From: Lachnospiraceae bacterium
Lineage (GTDB): Bacteria > Bacillota > Clostridia > Lachnospirales > Lachnospiraceae
DNA: 64,000 nt
Direction of reading: 5' to 3'
Assembly: GCA_017418645.1 (NCBI GenBank)
Contig: JAFOND010000214.1
Span: 2,401-66,400 of the forward strand
Shown: positions 18,535-28,400 of the stretch, piece after piece
Position numbering within the stretch: the first letter of the stretch is position 1
Layout: the number at the start of each line of letters is the position of its first letter
Translations under genes and position numbers: made by a program
Notes under the pieces: model-generated
Database searches by the model: none
What the model was told of the DNA's origin: nothing
The model's input: the letters and a program-made list of their open reading frames with translations, nothing else

Positions 18535-19776
18535 ATGAACTTGTTTAACGTTCTATTAAACGTATTTAAAGCGCGGATCGTCCCGCTTGTCACAAAGGCA
18601 AAACTCCTCCTTAATCCGAGGTTCGTTCTTTCGAGATTAACGGAGTTAATACGTCGTCTCGTTCGAGAAGTTCTTAACGTACGCCCGCGTAATAAGGACG
18701 ATTATTATCCGATCGGTAACTGGCTTGTTTCAAAGAAGCTTGCGTATGCTGTGGTTATCGTTATCGGTATTCTTTGTACGGTTTATATCGTATCCCAGAA
18801 GGATGCGCTTTTCCCGGGTAACAGCGAGAGTTACATAAAAACATATAATTACAATTCGATCCTCTTAAAATATGCAAAAGGCAAGGTCCGCATCAAAGGA
18901 AAGAGCGGCTGGATCGCATATGAGGGAGAGGTTTCCGATGCTGCCTGCAACGGCAAGGGAACCCTCACAAATCCCGAAGGGATCGTTATCTACGAAGGAA
19001 ACTTTAAGTCCAGCATGTATGAAGACGAGGGTACGCAATATTATGAAAACGGTATCCTTGAATATGTTGGCGAGTTCCATGAAAACCAGTATAACGGAGA
19101 CGGCAAGCTTTACCGCGAGACGGGAAGTCTTTTGTATGACGGCGACTTCTTGAGAAACATGAAGGACGGTACCGGAAAGCTTTATAATACAGGCGGAGAA
19201 GAAATTTATAACGGACAGTTCTCACAGGATAAGATCCTTTTCTCATCCCTTCTCGGAAAGAATTCAACCGAGATGGCAATGATTTATAACGGAAACAGAA
19301 AACTCTATGAAGCGGGTTCCGAAAGAGTCCGTGTTATGAACGATATCAATGCCATGACGGAAGAGATTACGAATTCTTCTTCCATCGAATCAAACGCAAC
19401 GGTAAGTGCCGTATATGTTATGGAAAATTCCATACGTATCGGTTCACATGATTATACAACCTTTGAAGGTATTCAGCAGGTTCTCGGAGAGCCGACCTAT
19501 GTCGGAGATTCATATGCAACTCTTCCGGAGCTTATGATAATAAACCGATTAAACGACAAGTCCGACGTAAAGGTTATGAACGGAAGCGCGGAGATTGTTG
19601 AGAACGAACTCTATACGGAATATACGGAAGTTGAATCCTATGATACGGATTACATCGTATACCTCCATTCTTATGAGAAGGACGGTCTTGTATACAACTT
19701 TGTATCGGGACCGGACGATACGACGTTTGCTTTCTATTATATCCTTGAGAGAAATCAGTCAGACGATGCGGCATAA
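18535..19776 (+). CDS. Membrane-anchored MORN-repeat protein
   Basis: One TM helix, then repeats YEGEV..GKGTL, YEGNF..DEGTQY, YVGEF..GDGKLY, YDGDF..GTGKLY, YNGQF. Confidence 0.85.
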   Translation: MNLFNVLLNVFKARIVPLVTKAKLLLNPRFVLSRLTELIRRLVREVLNVRPRNKDDYYPIGNWLVSKKLAYAVVIVIGILCTVYIVSQKDALFPGNSESYIKTYNYNSILLKYAKGKVRIKGKSGWIAYEGEVSDAACNGKGTLTNPEGIVIYEGNFKSSMYEDEGTQYYENGILEYVGEFHENQYNGDGKLYRETGSLLYDGDFLRNMKDGTGKLYNTGGEEIYNGQFSQDKILFSSLLGKNSTEMAMIYNGNRKLYEAGSERVRVMNDINAMTEEITNSSSIESNATVSAVYVMENSIRIGSHDYTTFEGIQQVLGEPTYVGDSYATLPELMIINRLNDKSDVKVMNGSAEIVENELYTEYTEVESYDTDYIVYLHSYEKDGLVYNFVSGPDDTTFAFYYILERNQSDDAA

Positions 19777-19794
19777 ACCACTTAGGAGGATATT

Positions 19795-21258
19795 ATGGGT
19801 AAGTATTATCGTCTCACGGAAGACACAGCCCTGAGAAGCTGGCTGTTTGTTCCCCAGGCTTATTATAAAAAAAATGAGGTAGGAGCGAAGCCTTTGAGCG
19901 ACGAGGAATTCGACATCCTGTCTCTGTGTGACGGAGAGCATGAGATCCCGGACAGCGAGCTTTTAAGCTCCCTTGTTTCCCAGGGTCTCATCAGCGAGTG
20001 TCAAAAAGGGGAAAAGCCATCGGAATGGTCTTCATATAAGGAATATCCCCATCGTTATTTTCCGGAAATGTGCCTTATGATGACGGGACATTGCAACTTA
20101 AACTGCCTCCATTGCTTTAATGCGAAAGACAACGCTCCCATAGTGACTGAATGGAGCTGGGAGCAGCTTAAGGATCTTTTGGATCAATGCGCGGATGCCG
20201 GCGTTCAGGCATTTACCATCACCGGCGGCGAGCCCATGGTGCATCCCCATTTTATGGATATGATGCGCTATATCTATGAGAAGAACATGATCGTTAAGGA
20301 ATTAAACACCAACGGTCACTTCCTTACCAAAGAACTCCTGGACGAGTTAAAGAGCTTCGGATGTAATCCCCTTATAAAGATTTCCTTTGACGGCGTGGGC
20401 TTCCACGACAGGATCCGTAATGAAGAGGGTCTTGAAAAGGAAACAATCGGGAAAATGCATCTTGTGGTGGACAACGGCTTCCGTCTTATGTCCCAGACAC
20501 AGGTTAACAGGATAAATATCAGTTCCATGATGGATACGGTAAAACTGATGACCGACATCGGCGTTGTTCGTGCCCGTATCACCCGTACACAGGAGGTTCC
20601 CCGCTGGGTTCAGCTTGTGGGAGATGCAAGCCTTCCCCCCGACGAGTATTGCGAAAAGATGCTTGAGTTCGCCGGCGAGTATGCAAGAAGCGGGATGCAG
20701 ACGGAACTTTCCATCTGGAATCTCATTAACATGAATCCAAAGGAAAAGACGTACCGTCTTGTTCCCGTCATGTTCAGGGATGGCGAATACAAGCCCACCC
20801 AGGCGGTCTGCATGGACTGCAGGAAAATGATAAACGTCCGATCCAACGGAGAGGTTATCACCTGTCTCCAGATCGGCGGAGGCCTCGACGCAATGGGCGA
20901 GCATTTTGAAAGCCTTCATGAAAAGCCTCTGGCAGAGATCCTTAAAGACAGTCTTTGGGAGAGGATGGTGTGCACCAATGTACACCGTATTTCGGAGGTT
21001 ACACCGGAATGCAAAAACTGCAGGTTCTTTAAGTACTGCGGCGGAGGATGCCGGGCGGTGGGAATGCTTCTTTCCGACTATCGTTATGATTTCTTAAAGG
21101 CGCACGGCAACACCGAAGGCCTTGAACTGGTAGAAAAGATGTATCTTTCTCCGGACAAGACAAAGTGCGCTTTCTTTCATCAGGGCTATTATAAAAAGGC
21201 TGTTGAGATCATGGGAGACTGGGAGAACCAGAGCACAATTCCGGAGGATGTGCTTTGA
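19795..21258 (+). CDS. Radical SAM/SPASM peptide maturase
   Basis: CNLNCLHC (CxxxCxxC), TGGEP, SPASM-like C...GEVITC...CKNCRFFKYCGGGCRA...C, plus an N-terminal RRE-sized extension. Confidence 0.9.
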   Translation: MGKYYRLTEDTALRSWLFVPQAYYKKNEVGAKPLSDEEFDILSLCDGEHEIPDSELLSSLVSQGLISECQKGEKPSEWSSYKEYPHRYFPEMCLMMTGHCNLNCLHCFNAKDNAPIVTEWSWEQLKDLLDQCADAGVQAFTITGGEPMVHPHFMDMMRYIYEKNMIVKELNTNGHFLTKELLDELKSFGCNPLIKISFDGVGFHDRIRNEEGLEKETIGKMHLVVDNGFRLMSQTQVNRINISSMMDTVKLMTDIGVVRARITRTQEVPRWVQLVGDASLPPDEYCEKMLEFAGEYARSGMQTELSIWNLINMNPKEKTYRLVPVMFRDGEYKPTQAVCMDCRKMINVRSNGEVITCLQIGGGLDAMGEHFESLHEKPLAEILKDSLWERMVCTNVHRISEVTPECKNCRFFKYCGGGCRAVGMLLSDYRYDFLKAHGNTEGLELVEKMYLSPDKTKCAFFHQGYYKKAVEIMGDWENQSTIPEDVL

Positions 21259-23318
21259 CAAAGCCTGTAAAAAATGTTCCGCTGATCACACAGCTCGAGA
21301 GACGGGAATGCGGAGCCGCCTGCCTTTCAATGGTTCTGGCAGCATATGACAAATGGATCCCTCTTGAAAGGACCCGAATAGACTGTGGAGTAACCCGAAG
21401 CGGAGTCTCCGCAGGAAACATTGTCCGTGCCGCAAGGTCATACGGCATGGAAGCAAAAGGCTATTCGTTAAAAGCCGAAGCTCTTAAGGGAAAGATTCAT
21501 TTTCCCTGCATTATCCACTGGCAGAAGAATCATTTTGTTGTTCTTTGCGATCTTCGCGGAAGATCCGCGGTTATTAACGATCCCCAAAAAGGAAAATTAA
21601 AGATTACCTTTGATGAGTTTAAAGATAACTTTACGGGTGTTGTGCTTGATATTTATCCCGGAGAAGCTTTTGTTCCTTCCGGAGAAAAGAAAAGCATTGT
21701 TTCTTTTGCAAAAAAGAGACTTACGGGTATGACGGGGGTTGTAGTTCTTATCACCCTTGCAATGCTTTTAAACAGCGCCTTCGGGTTTATCGATCCCGTG
21801 ATGAACAGAATGTTTTTGGACAGGATCCTGGGAGAAAGGGATGCTGCCTTTTTAAACACTTTTATATTGATACTTGTTGCGCTTGCGGTTTTCAGGATAA
21901 TCGTACTTCTTCTGCAGACACTGTATCGCATGAAGATTATGAATAAGATGTCTTACGAAGGAAATGCTTCTTTTATAAGAAAGATATTCCGCCTTCCTTA
22001 TGAATTCTTTTTGCAGCGTCCCGCAAGCGACCTTTTATCAAGAAAAGAAAAGAACGCATCCATTGCCATGTCCCTTGTAAGCACCATCGCCCCGCTGTTC
22101 TTAGAGACAGGATTAATGATATTCTTTTTATGCGTGATGATCAAAGAATCCCTGCTCCTTACGGCTGTGGGAATGGTTACGGTTGTGATCAATCTTTTTA
22201 TGTCGAGGGTCATTGCAGAAAAAAGGATAAATTTCAACAAGATGATGATAAACGATACGACACGTCTTTCTTCCGCCACGCTGACCGGGCTTTTGATGAT
22301 GGAAGGAATCTTTGCTTCCGGAGCGGAGGACGGTTTCTTTAAGAAATGGAAGGAATACAGGGATCTTCGTTACGAAGGAAAGGAAGCATTTATAAGAGCG
22401 GATTCGTTCTTAAATATCATTCCCGGTTTTATTTCTGCGGCATCAAGTTATACCGTAATGTTCATCGGTGTTTATCTTACAATGCAGGGCAGATTCACCC
22501 TTGGCCTTATGACTGCATTCCTGGGTTATCTTTCTTCTTTTATGAATCCCGCGGAGACTCTTATATCATCCGGACAAAAGATTTCCGAAATGCGTACTGA
22601 TATGGATAGGATAGAAGATGTGACGGAATATCCGGATGATCCCCTGACGGCGGAAGAGGGCGAAGATGAAGAAGAAATAACTCTCTCCGGAAATATCGAA
22701 ATGAAAAACGTATCCTTCGGTTACGATCGTTTTGAGGAACCTTTGATAAAGGAATTTTCCTTAAAGATTTCCGCCGGAGAAAACCTTGCGGTGATCGGGC
22801 GTTCCGGTTCGGGAAAAACAACTCTCGTAAGACTTCTTGCGGGGCAGTATCTTCCCATTTCGGGAGAGGTACTGTATGACGGAAAAAGCATAAAGGATAT
22901 AGGGCATAAGGCGTTTACAAAGAATGTGGCGTTGATAGAACAGGATACCATCTTCTTTAACGATACAATAAGAAACAATATAAAAATGTGGAATGAAACC
23001 GTTACAGACGAGGAGATGGAAAAGGTGTGCAAAGATGCACTGATCTATGACGAGATAATGTCCCGGGAGGGTGGATTCGATGCCGTTATAAAAGAAAACG
23101 GAAACGATCTTTCCGGCGGACAGAGGCAGAGGATAGAGATCGCGAGAGCGCTTCTGAAGAATCCGAAGATCCTGATCCTTGACGAAGCCACGGGAGCTTT
23201 GGATTATGAGACGGAAGAGAAGATACTGAAAAATCTGAAGGAGAAAGGAATAACCTGCATAACGGTAACCCATCGGAAGACGGCACTGACATTCTGCGAC
23301 AGAGTGATAGAAAAATGA
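21255..23318 (+). CDS. Peptidase C39-containing ABC exporter (NHLP/bacteriocin type)
   Basis: QLERRECGAACL, HWQKNHFVV, INDP; Walker A GRSGSGKT; LSGGQRQR; LDEAT. Confidence 0.93.
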   Translation: MTKPVKNVPLITQLERRECGAACLSMVLAAYDKWIPLERTRIDCGVTRSGVSAGNIVRAARSYGMEAKGYSLKAEALKGKIHFPCIIHWQKNHFVVLCDLRGRSAVINDPQKGKLKITFDEFKDNFTGVVLDIYPGEAFVPSGEKKSIVSFAKKRLTGMTGVVVLITLAMLLNSAFGFIDPVMNRMFLDRILGERDAAFLNTFILILVALAVFRIIVLLLQTLYRMKIMNKMSYEGNASFIRKIFRLPYEFFLQRPASDLLSRKEKNASIAMSLVSTIAPLFLETGLMIFFLCVMIKESLLLTAVGMVTVVINLFMSRVIAEKRINFNKMMINDTTRLSSATLTGLLMMEGIFASGAEDGFFKKWKEYRDLRYEGKEAFIRADSFLNIIPGFISAASSYTVMFIGVYLTMQGRFTLGLMTAFLGYLSSFMNPAETLISSGQKISEMRTDMDRIEDVTEYPDDPLTAEEGEDEEEITLSGNIEMKNVSFGYDRFEEPLIKEFSLKISAGENLAVIGRSGSGKTTLVRLLAGQYLPISGEVLYDGKSIKDIGHKAFTKNVALIEQDTIFFNDTIRNNIKMWNETVTDEEMEKVCKDALIYDEIMSREGGFDAVIKENGNDLSGGQRQRIEIARALLKNPKILILDEATGALDYETEEKILKNLKEKGITCITVTHRKTALTFCDRVIEK

Positions 23319-24913
23319 CAAAAAAAGACCTCATAAAAAACCTCATACGCCCGACGGATATCGGCCTTGTCCTTGTCGTAACACTTATTTCGACAGGTCT
23401 TTCTTTGCTGCCCGCATACTTTGTCAAACTGCTTACCGGCGATGTCATCCTTAAAAACAGCGAAACGCTTCTTGTGGGCGTATTTGTTATGATGCTTTCC
23501 GCGGAAATCTTTTCGCAGCTCATGAAATCCTTAAAAAAGATTTTTTCCGGCCGTTTAGGTCTGCGCTCAGAGAAGTATATGGAAGAAAAAACAATGGAAA
23601 AGATGCTTTCCCTTCCCATATCTTTCTTCAGGCAGTTTCCGGCCGGAGAACTGTATCAAAGACAAAAGGCCGTCCCGGAACTTTATTCAGTAATAACCGG
23701 CGCCATAGTTCCGTTATGCATCGGAGTGTTTTCAGGAGTTGCTTTTTCCGTACAGATATCGGGGTTTACGCCGAAACTTTTACTTCCCGCCATTGTGATA
23801 ATAATTGCGACGGTTTTTGTATCTTTTTTAACATCCCTGAAAAAAGTTGATATCGGAAAAAGAGAAGTCCTTTTATCAGCAAAAGAAAACGCCATAAGCC
23901 TTGATATTATCCGGGGCGCATCAAAGATAAAGCATTCCGGTTCGGAGGATACCGCATTTAAAAAATGGGAGGAAGAGTATGACCGCGCCGCAAAACTAAA
24001 GTATGATCCGCCGTTTTTTATAAAAGTGTCCCCTGTTCTTTTTACAGTATTAAAGATCTTCGGCGGGATACTTATCTATTACATCGCGGCAAAGTACGAT
24101 ACGGAAGTATCCGACTACCTTGCTTTTAACACGGCATACGGCGGGCTTTTATCCGCATTTTCAACCCTTTCGGATACGGCTCTTTCCTTTGCGTCCGTTC
24201 CTCCCGTATTAAACCTTGCAAAACCGATCCTTGATGCGGTACCGGAGGATATGACGGGAAAGGAAGAAGTAAAAGAACTGTCCGGCAGGATAGAAGTAAA
24301 GAATCTTACTTTCGGATACGAAGAAGGGAAGGACGTCATAAAAAATCTGTCTTTTAGTATCGAACCCGGAGAATTTGTTTCGATAGAAGGGAAGACCGGC
24401 TGTGGAAAGACAACGCTTATCCGACTTCTCCTCGGACTGGAAAAGCCCCGGGAAGGACAGGTTTTATATGACGGGAAAGATATTGAAACACTTAATAAAA
24501 AAGAATTAAGAAAGAACATCGGAGCCGCAATCCAGGACGGACGGCTCTTTGCGGAGGATATTTTTACAAACATAACCATAGGAGACGAAAGCCTTACGGA
24601 AGAAGACGTCTGGGCTGCAGCGGAAATGTCTGAGATCAAAGACGAGATAAAAGATTTCCCCCTTCTTTTGGAAAACCAGATAAACGAGACGGGAACAAGC
24701 ATATCCGGCGGGCAGAAACAGCGCTTTCTTATTGCCCGGGCAGTTTGCAAAAAACCGAAGATCATAATATTTGACGAAGCCATGAGCGCCCTTGATGCCG
24801 GAATGCAGGAGGCGATCATAACAAACGTCCGAAAGACGGGGGCAACGCTGATCGTGGTTTCCCACCGCCCGGAAACCGTTGCGGGTGCGGATAAAAAGAT
24901 AAAGCTCCCTTAA
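23315..24913 (+). CDS. Second ABC transporter subunit (permease plus ATPase, NHLM bacteriocin-system type)
   Basis: TM domain, GKTGCGKT, ISGGQKQR, FDEAMSALD. Overlaps the upstream gene (ATGA). Confidence 0.9.
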   Translation: MTKKDLIKNLIRPTDIGLVLVVTLISTGLSLLPAYFVKLLTGDVILKNSETLLVGVFVMMLSAEIFSQLMKSLKKIFSGRLGLRSEKYMEEKTMEKMLSLPISFFRQFPAGELYQRQKAVPELYSVITGAIVPLCIGVFSGVAFSVQISGFTPKLLLPAIVIIIATVFVSFLTSLKKVDIGKREVLLSAKENAISLDIIRGASKIKHSGSEDTAFKKWEEEYDRAAKLKYDPPFFIKVSPVLFTVLKIFGGILIYYIAAKYDTEVSDYLAFNTAYGGLLSAFSTLSDTALSFASVPPVLNLAKPILDAVPEDMTGKEEVKELSGRIEVKNLTFGYEEGKDVIKNLSFSIEPGEFVSIEGKTGCGKTTLIRLLLGLEKPREGQVLYDGKDIETLNKKELRKNIGAAIQDGRLFAEDIFTNITIGDESLTEEDVWAAAEMSEIKDEIKDFPLLLENQINETGTSISGGQKQRFLIARAVCKKPKIIIFDEAMSALDAGMQEAIITNVRKTGATLIVVSHRPETVAGADKKIKLP

Positions 24914-24929
24914 TGAAGGGAGCTTTTTT
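24901..24929 (+). terminator. Rho-independent terminator
   Basis: AAAGCTCCCTT-AATG-AAGGGAGCTTT followed by a T run. Confidence 0.85.
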
Positions 24930-24933
24930 GTTT

Positions 24934-24966
24934 GTTGCGGTTTCGTTGCACTTTTTATTGTAAAAT
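24934..24966 (+). promoter_or_regulatory. Direct-repeat operator plus -10 element (copy 1)
   Basis: GTTGCGGTTTC-GTTGCACTTTTTATTG-TAAAAT, 27/33 identical to 32863-32895. Confidence 0.75.
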
Positions 24967-25017
24967 ACGTCCCAAATAGGGTATAATAACTCCGTATATA
25001 TTGATGTCGCCACGCGT

Positions 25018-25053
25018 TGTCATTTCGAGGAGCAAAGCGACGAAAAATCTTAA
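25018..25053. repeat. REP-like element (copy 2)
   Basis: 34/36 identical to 1007-1042. Confidence 0.7.
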
Positions 25054-25085
25054 CTATAAATATGAGTAAGTAAGGAGGACGCACT

Positions 25086-25418
25086 ATGAATATCGAAAGA
25101 TACCTTAAAGGGTTAAACGAAGACATAAAAGATGAGCTTCGCGCCTGCGATAATGTTGAGGAACTTCTTTCCGTTGCGCAGGAAAAAGGGCTTGAACTTC
25201 CGGACGAGGCGCTGGATGCGGTTTACGGCGGATGCGGCACAAGCTATACATACCAGATCGACGATTATCAGAGATGCAAGACCTGTTATAACAGAGTTGC
25301 TCTCCGTTCGGTAGGACATGACGGTTTTCCGGATGTATATTTCTGCCAGTTCTGCTTTACGACAAAGACGCCGACAGAGATCGAGAGATATTACAACAGG
25401 AGAAAAGTAGTTAAATAA
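25086..25418 (+). CDS. Nif11-like leader RiPP precursor peptide
   Basis: Leader ...EELLSVAQEKGLELPDEALDAVYGG (double-glycine) and a 61-aa Cys-rich core. Next to the C39 exporter and radical SAM. RBS AAGGAGG. Confidence 0.85.
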   Translation: MNIERYLKGLNEDIKDELRACDNVEELLSVAQEKGLELPDEALDAVYGGCGTSYTYQIDDYQRCKTCYNRVALRSVGHDGFPDVYFCQFCFTTKTPTEIERYYNRRKVVK

Positions 25419-25442
25419 GATCTTTTTAAAGGGGGATCCGCA

Positions 25443-28400
25443 ATGCATAATATTTTTAAAAAGAGTACAAAACGGATGATATCCGCAATGCTTGTTTTTG
25501 CAATGCTTGTGGGTTCTCTTTCTTATTGCGGAGATCTTTCTTCGTTCTCCGTTTTAGCGGCAATATCGGACAACACATATGATTCCACGGGAGCTGTCCT
25601 TGGGGATCTTGTTCGCGCGAACGTAAAAAATCACGGCATAGAAGATTACCAGTTTACAAATGATGAGGTCATTGCCGCCCTTAAGGCGGTGGGCGATGAG
25701 ATGCATGTCACGGGAGGATCGGACGAGGAATCCGGTCAGGTATATGATGACGACATTACTTCCGTTCCCATCTACAAGATAATCCAGGTGCTTTTTGAAA
25801 ATTATAACGAAGCAAAGAAAAAAGCTATCATAAAAGAAGCTGAGGAGATCAAGGCAGAAAACGAAAAAGCAAAGAAAGATTATGAAGAACAGAAGAAAAA
25901 GATAGAGGAAGAAAACGCTGAGGCTGACGAAGAAAATCAGAAGTCGCTTCCTGAAGAGCCTACATATAAAGAGGTTCCGGATGTCAACGCATACGTTGAT
26001 GTAACATATAATATCAAAAAGTCCGTGGGCTATTCCGGAGGCACTCTTGCAAACGCATACACATACCTTAATCTTATAACCGATTACGTCCGCGAAAAGG
26101 AACCTGCGGCACAGTCTTTGTATGACGATAAGATCGAGGCGATGATCACGGAAAGAGTTAAAACCGTTTCCACAAACATCAGCATGTCCGCAATAACGGA
26201 TGCGGTTAAACAGTATATCAAGGATCATACCACGGAACTTGTTAATTATAATGAGATGGAATATGTGGACTCTTTTACGAGCCCCCATACGGTAACGTTT
26301 TTCCAGTATACGCAGACACATTTCATCGATCCCGGAACACTTTTTATCGGAACATATCTTATTGACGCAAGTGCCATAAACGATGTGTATTATCGCTATG
26401 CCAAAGACAGCATGGGTATTATGTCACAGAATATCATGTATTATAAATCGGAACTCGACGGAGGAAACTGGAAAGATATTATCTCCGCAGCGGGTCTTTC
26501 CGATATTCTTCCCACGTCAACAACCGTTCCCAGTGCGGATCTTAATAAATATAAGATAACCTGCGTTGTTGGAAAGGACGGTATCCCAAGATATCCGGAT
26601 CTTCCGGCAACGGATCCCAATTCCGAATGCGATATCTTTACAATGACGGATCCCTATGATATGGCTGCGGTTCCTGAACTTGTAAAGCTTAAGCTTATGT
26701 TTGATGCCGGTGTCGTTTCCCAGAATACCGCCGATCTTTCGAACCGTTATACTGCGGACATTCTTTACCGTTTCTTTAACTATGACGGTTGCGGCGACAA
26801 TAAATCCATGATGATAATAAGAAACAGGGGCTACAGGGATTATGTATACGATCACCCGGAAGACGGAAAGACCATCGTTGGACAGAACCCCATCCCCATG
26901 TCGGAAAAGCTTCCCGCGGCTGCAAAGGATATAAAGAAGTTTACTTATATCACAAAGGAAGAGATCATGTATGTTACGGACCTTCAGGACAAGGCCCTTC
27001 ATCTTTCATGTAATATGGCACAGACTGTGGACCGTTATCAGGACCATCCGGATGCATGGATAGACCAGATCCTTTCCTGGATGGAATATTACGGTAACAG
27101 AAAATTCAATAATGTTAACGGCGGAAGACCCATAATCCTTCCCATAGAAGATATGGCAGATTCCCAGTGGGAGCGCCTGAATTTTAATCAAGATCCCCTT
27201 AATCCCCAGAGATTCATGTTCATTGTTAACGGTGTTCCCAGCACCGGAGACCAGAAGGAATTCATTAACCGCTGGATGTCGGATTCCGGTTTTCAGACCG
27301 GATCGACTCATTATGAAGACAGCAAAGGAAACAGGGTGGATAACCCCGGCGATGCGTACGGATTTGATAAATCCTGGTATGATCTTTATAAGAAAAATCC
27401 AATTGAAAAATTTAATGTATTTAAAGAGAACAACTATAGTAATGTAAAAGGTGACAACAAATATTATCTGATCGCTATGGGTGTTAATAGCGAAACGCGA
27501 TATGTTGCGGCAAAAGCGACCTATGATTATTTCAAAAACATAGAAAACGGCACATATAAAGAAGTTCCGGATACGTATTACTTAACTTATGATTATATCA
27601 ATGCCAATAAAGACAAGATGAATTTTGTTTTCTATGCACAGACGGGAGTATATGACGGCGGCCAGACCTTCAGCCTGAAGTTTGTTGAAGGTCAAAAGTG
27701 GAAGGATTTTAAGAATCTTATCTATCGTTATATGGACTGGCTTCGGAATATGTATGACATCCGTGATGACGTTACCTATACCTGTGACGATCATCTTAAG
27801 AACTTAAATGCGCTCTACAAGAAAGAAAGAAACGCCGGCAGGATCGACCAGGCAAATACTCTTATGGAACTTATGAGCCATGTGGATGCCACCCGCCGTG
27901 CGGAAATATATTATAACCTGGTATTCAATGAAGATAATAACGTTGTTCTCGGCCCCTCACTTATGTATGTCCTTGATCTTCTTATGGACGGAAAAGGAAA
28001 GGTGGGCCAGAACTATACCTTTATCTCCGGCGATACCGACGGTTCCTATGCATCAAACGATGCGATCCTTACGGCAGTTGAAGATGCCGTTGAAAACTGC
28101 CAGAAGAAATATTACGACTATGCGAGCATGTCCCTTTCGGATTCCGAAAATCTCTTGAAGGAGAAGGAATATGAATTATCTAACCTTATCCTTGCATCAA
28201 GAAACGATACGGACAGAAGCACATACCTGGACAGACTTGATTCTCTTTACAACATAATGGATATGGCCATCGTTGATAAAGACAGAGAAAAAACAATGAT
28301 AGACGAACTCCTTGAAGAGTCAGAGGAACGCTATGCGGAAAAGATCCATGACGTTGCAAGTGCGGATTATACGGAACTTGCATCAACTCCGGGAGTTACA

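Noticed and set aside
15183-19776. Type VII secretion system
   Set aside because: Only a topological resemblance to EssB; no FtsK/EssC ATPase or WXG100 gene is present.
24115-26321. Long antisense ORFs (234, 206 and 255 aa) and similar minus-strand ORFs throughout
   Set aside because: They lie largely opposite well-supported genes and have the F/S/I-rich composition typical of antisense shadows.
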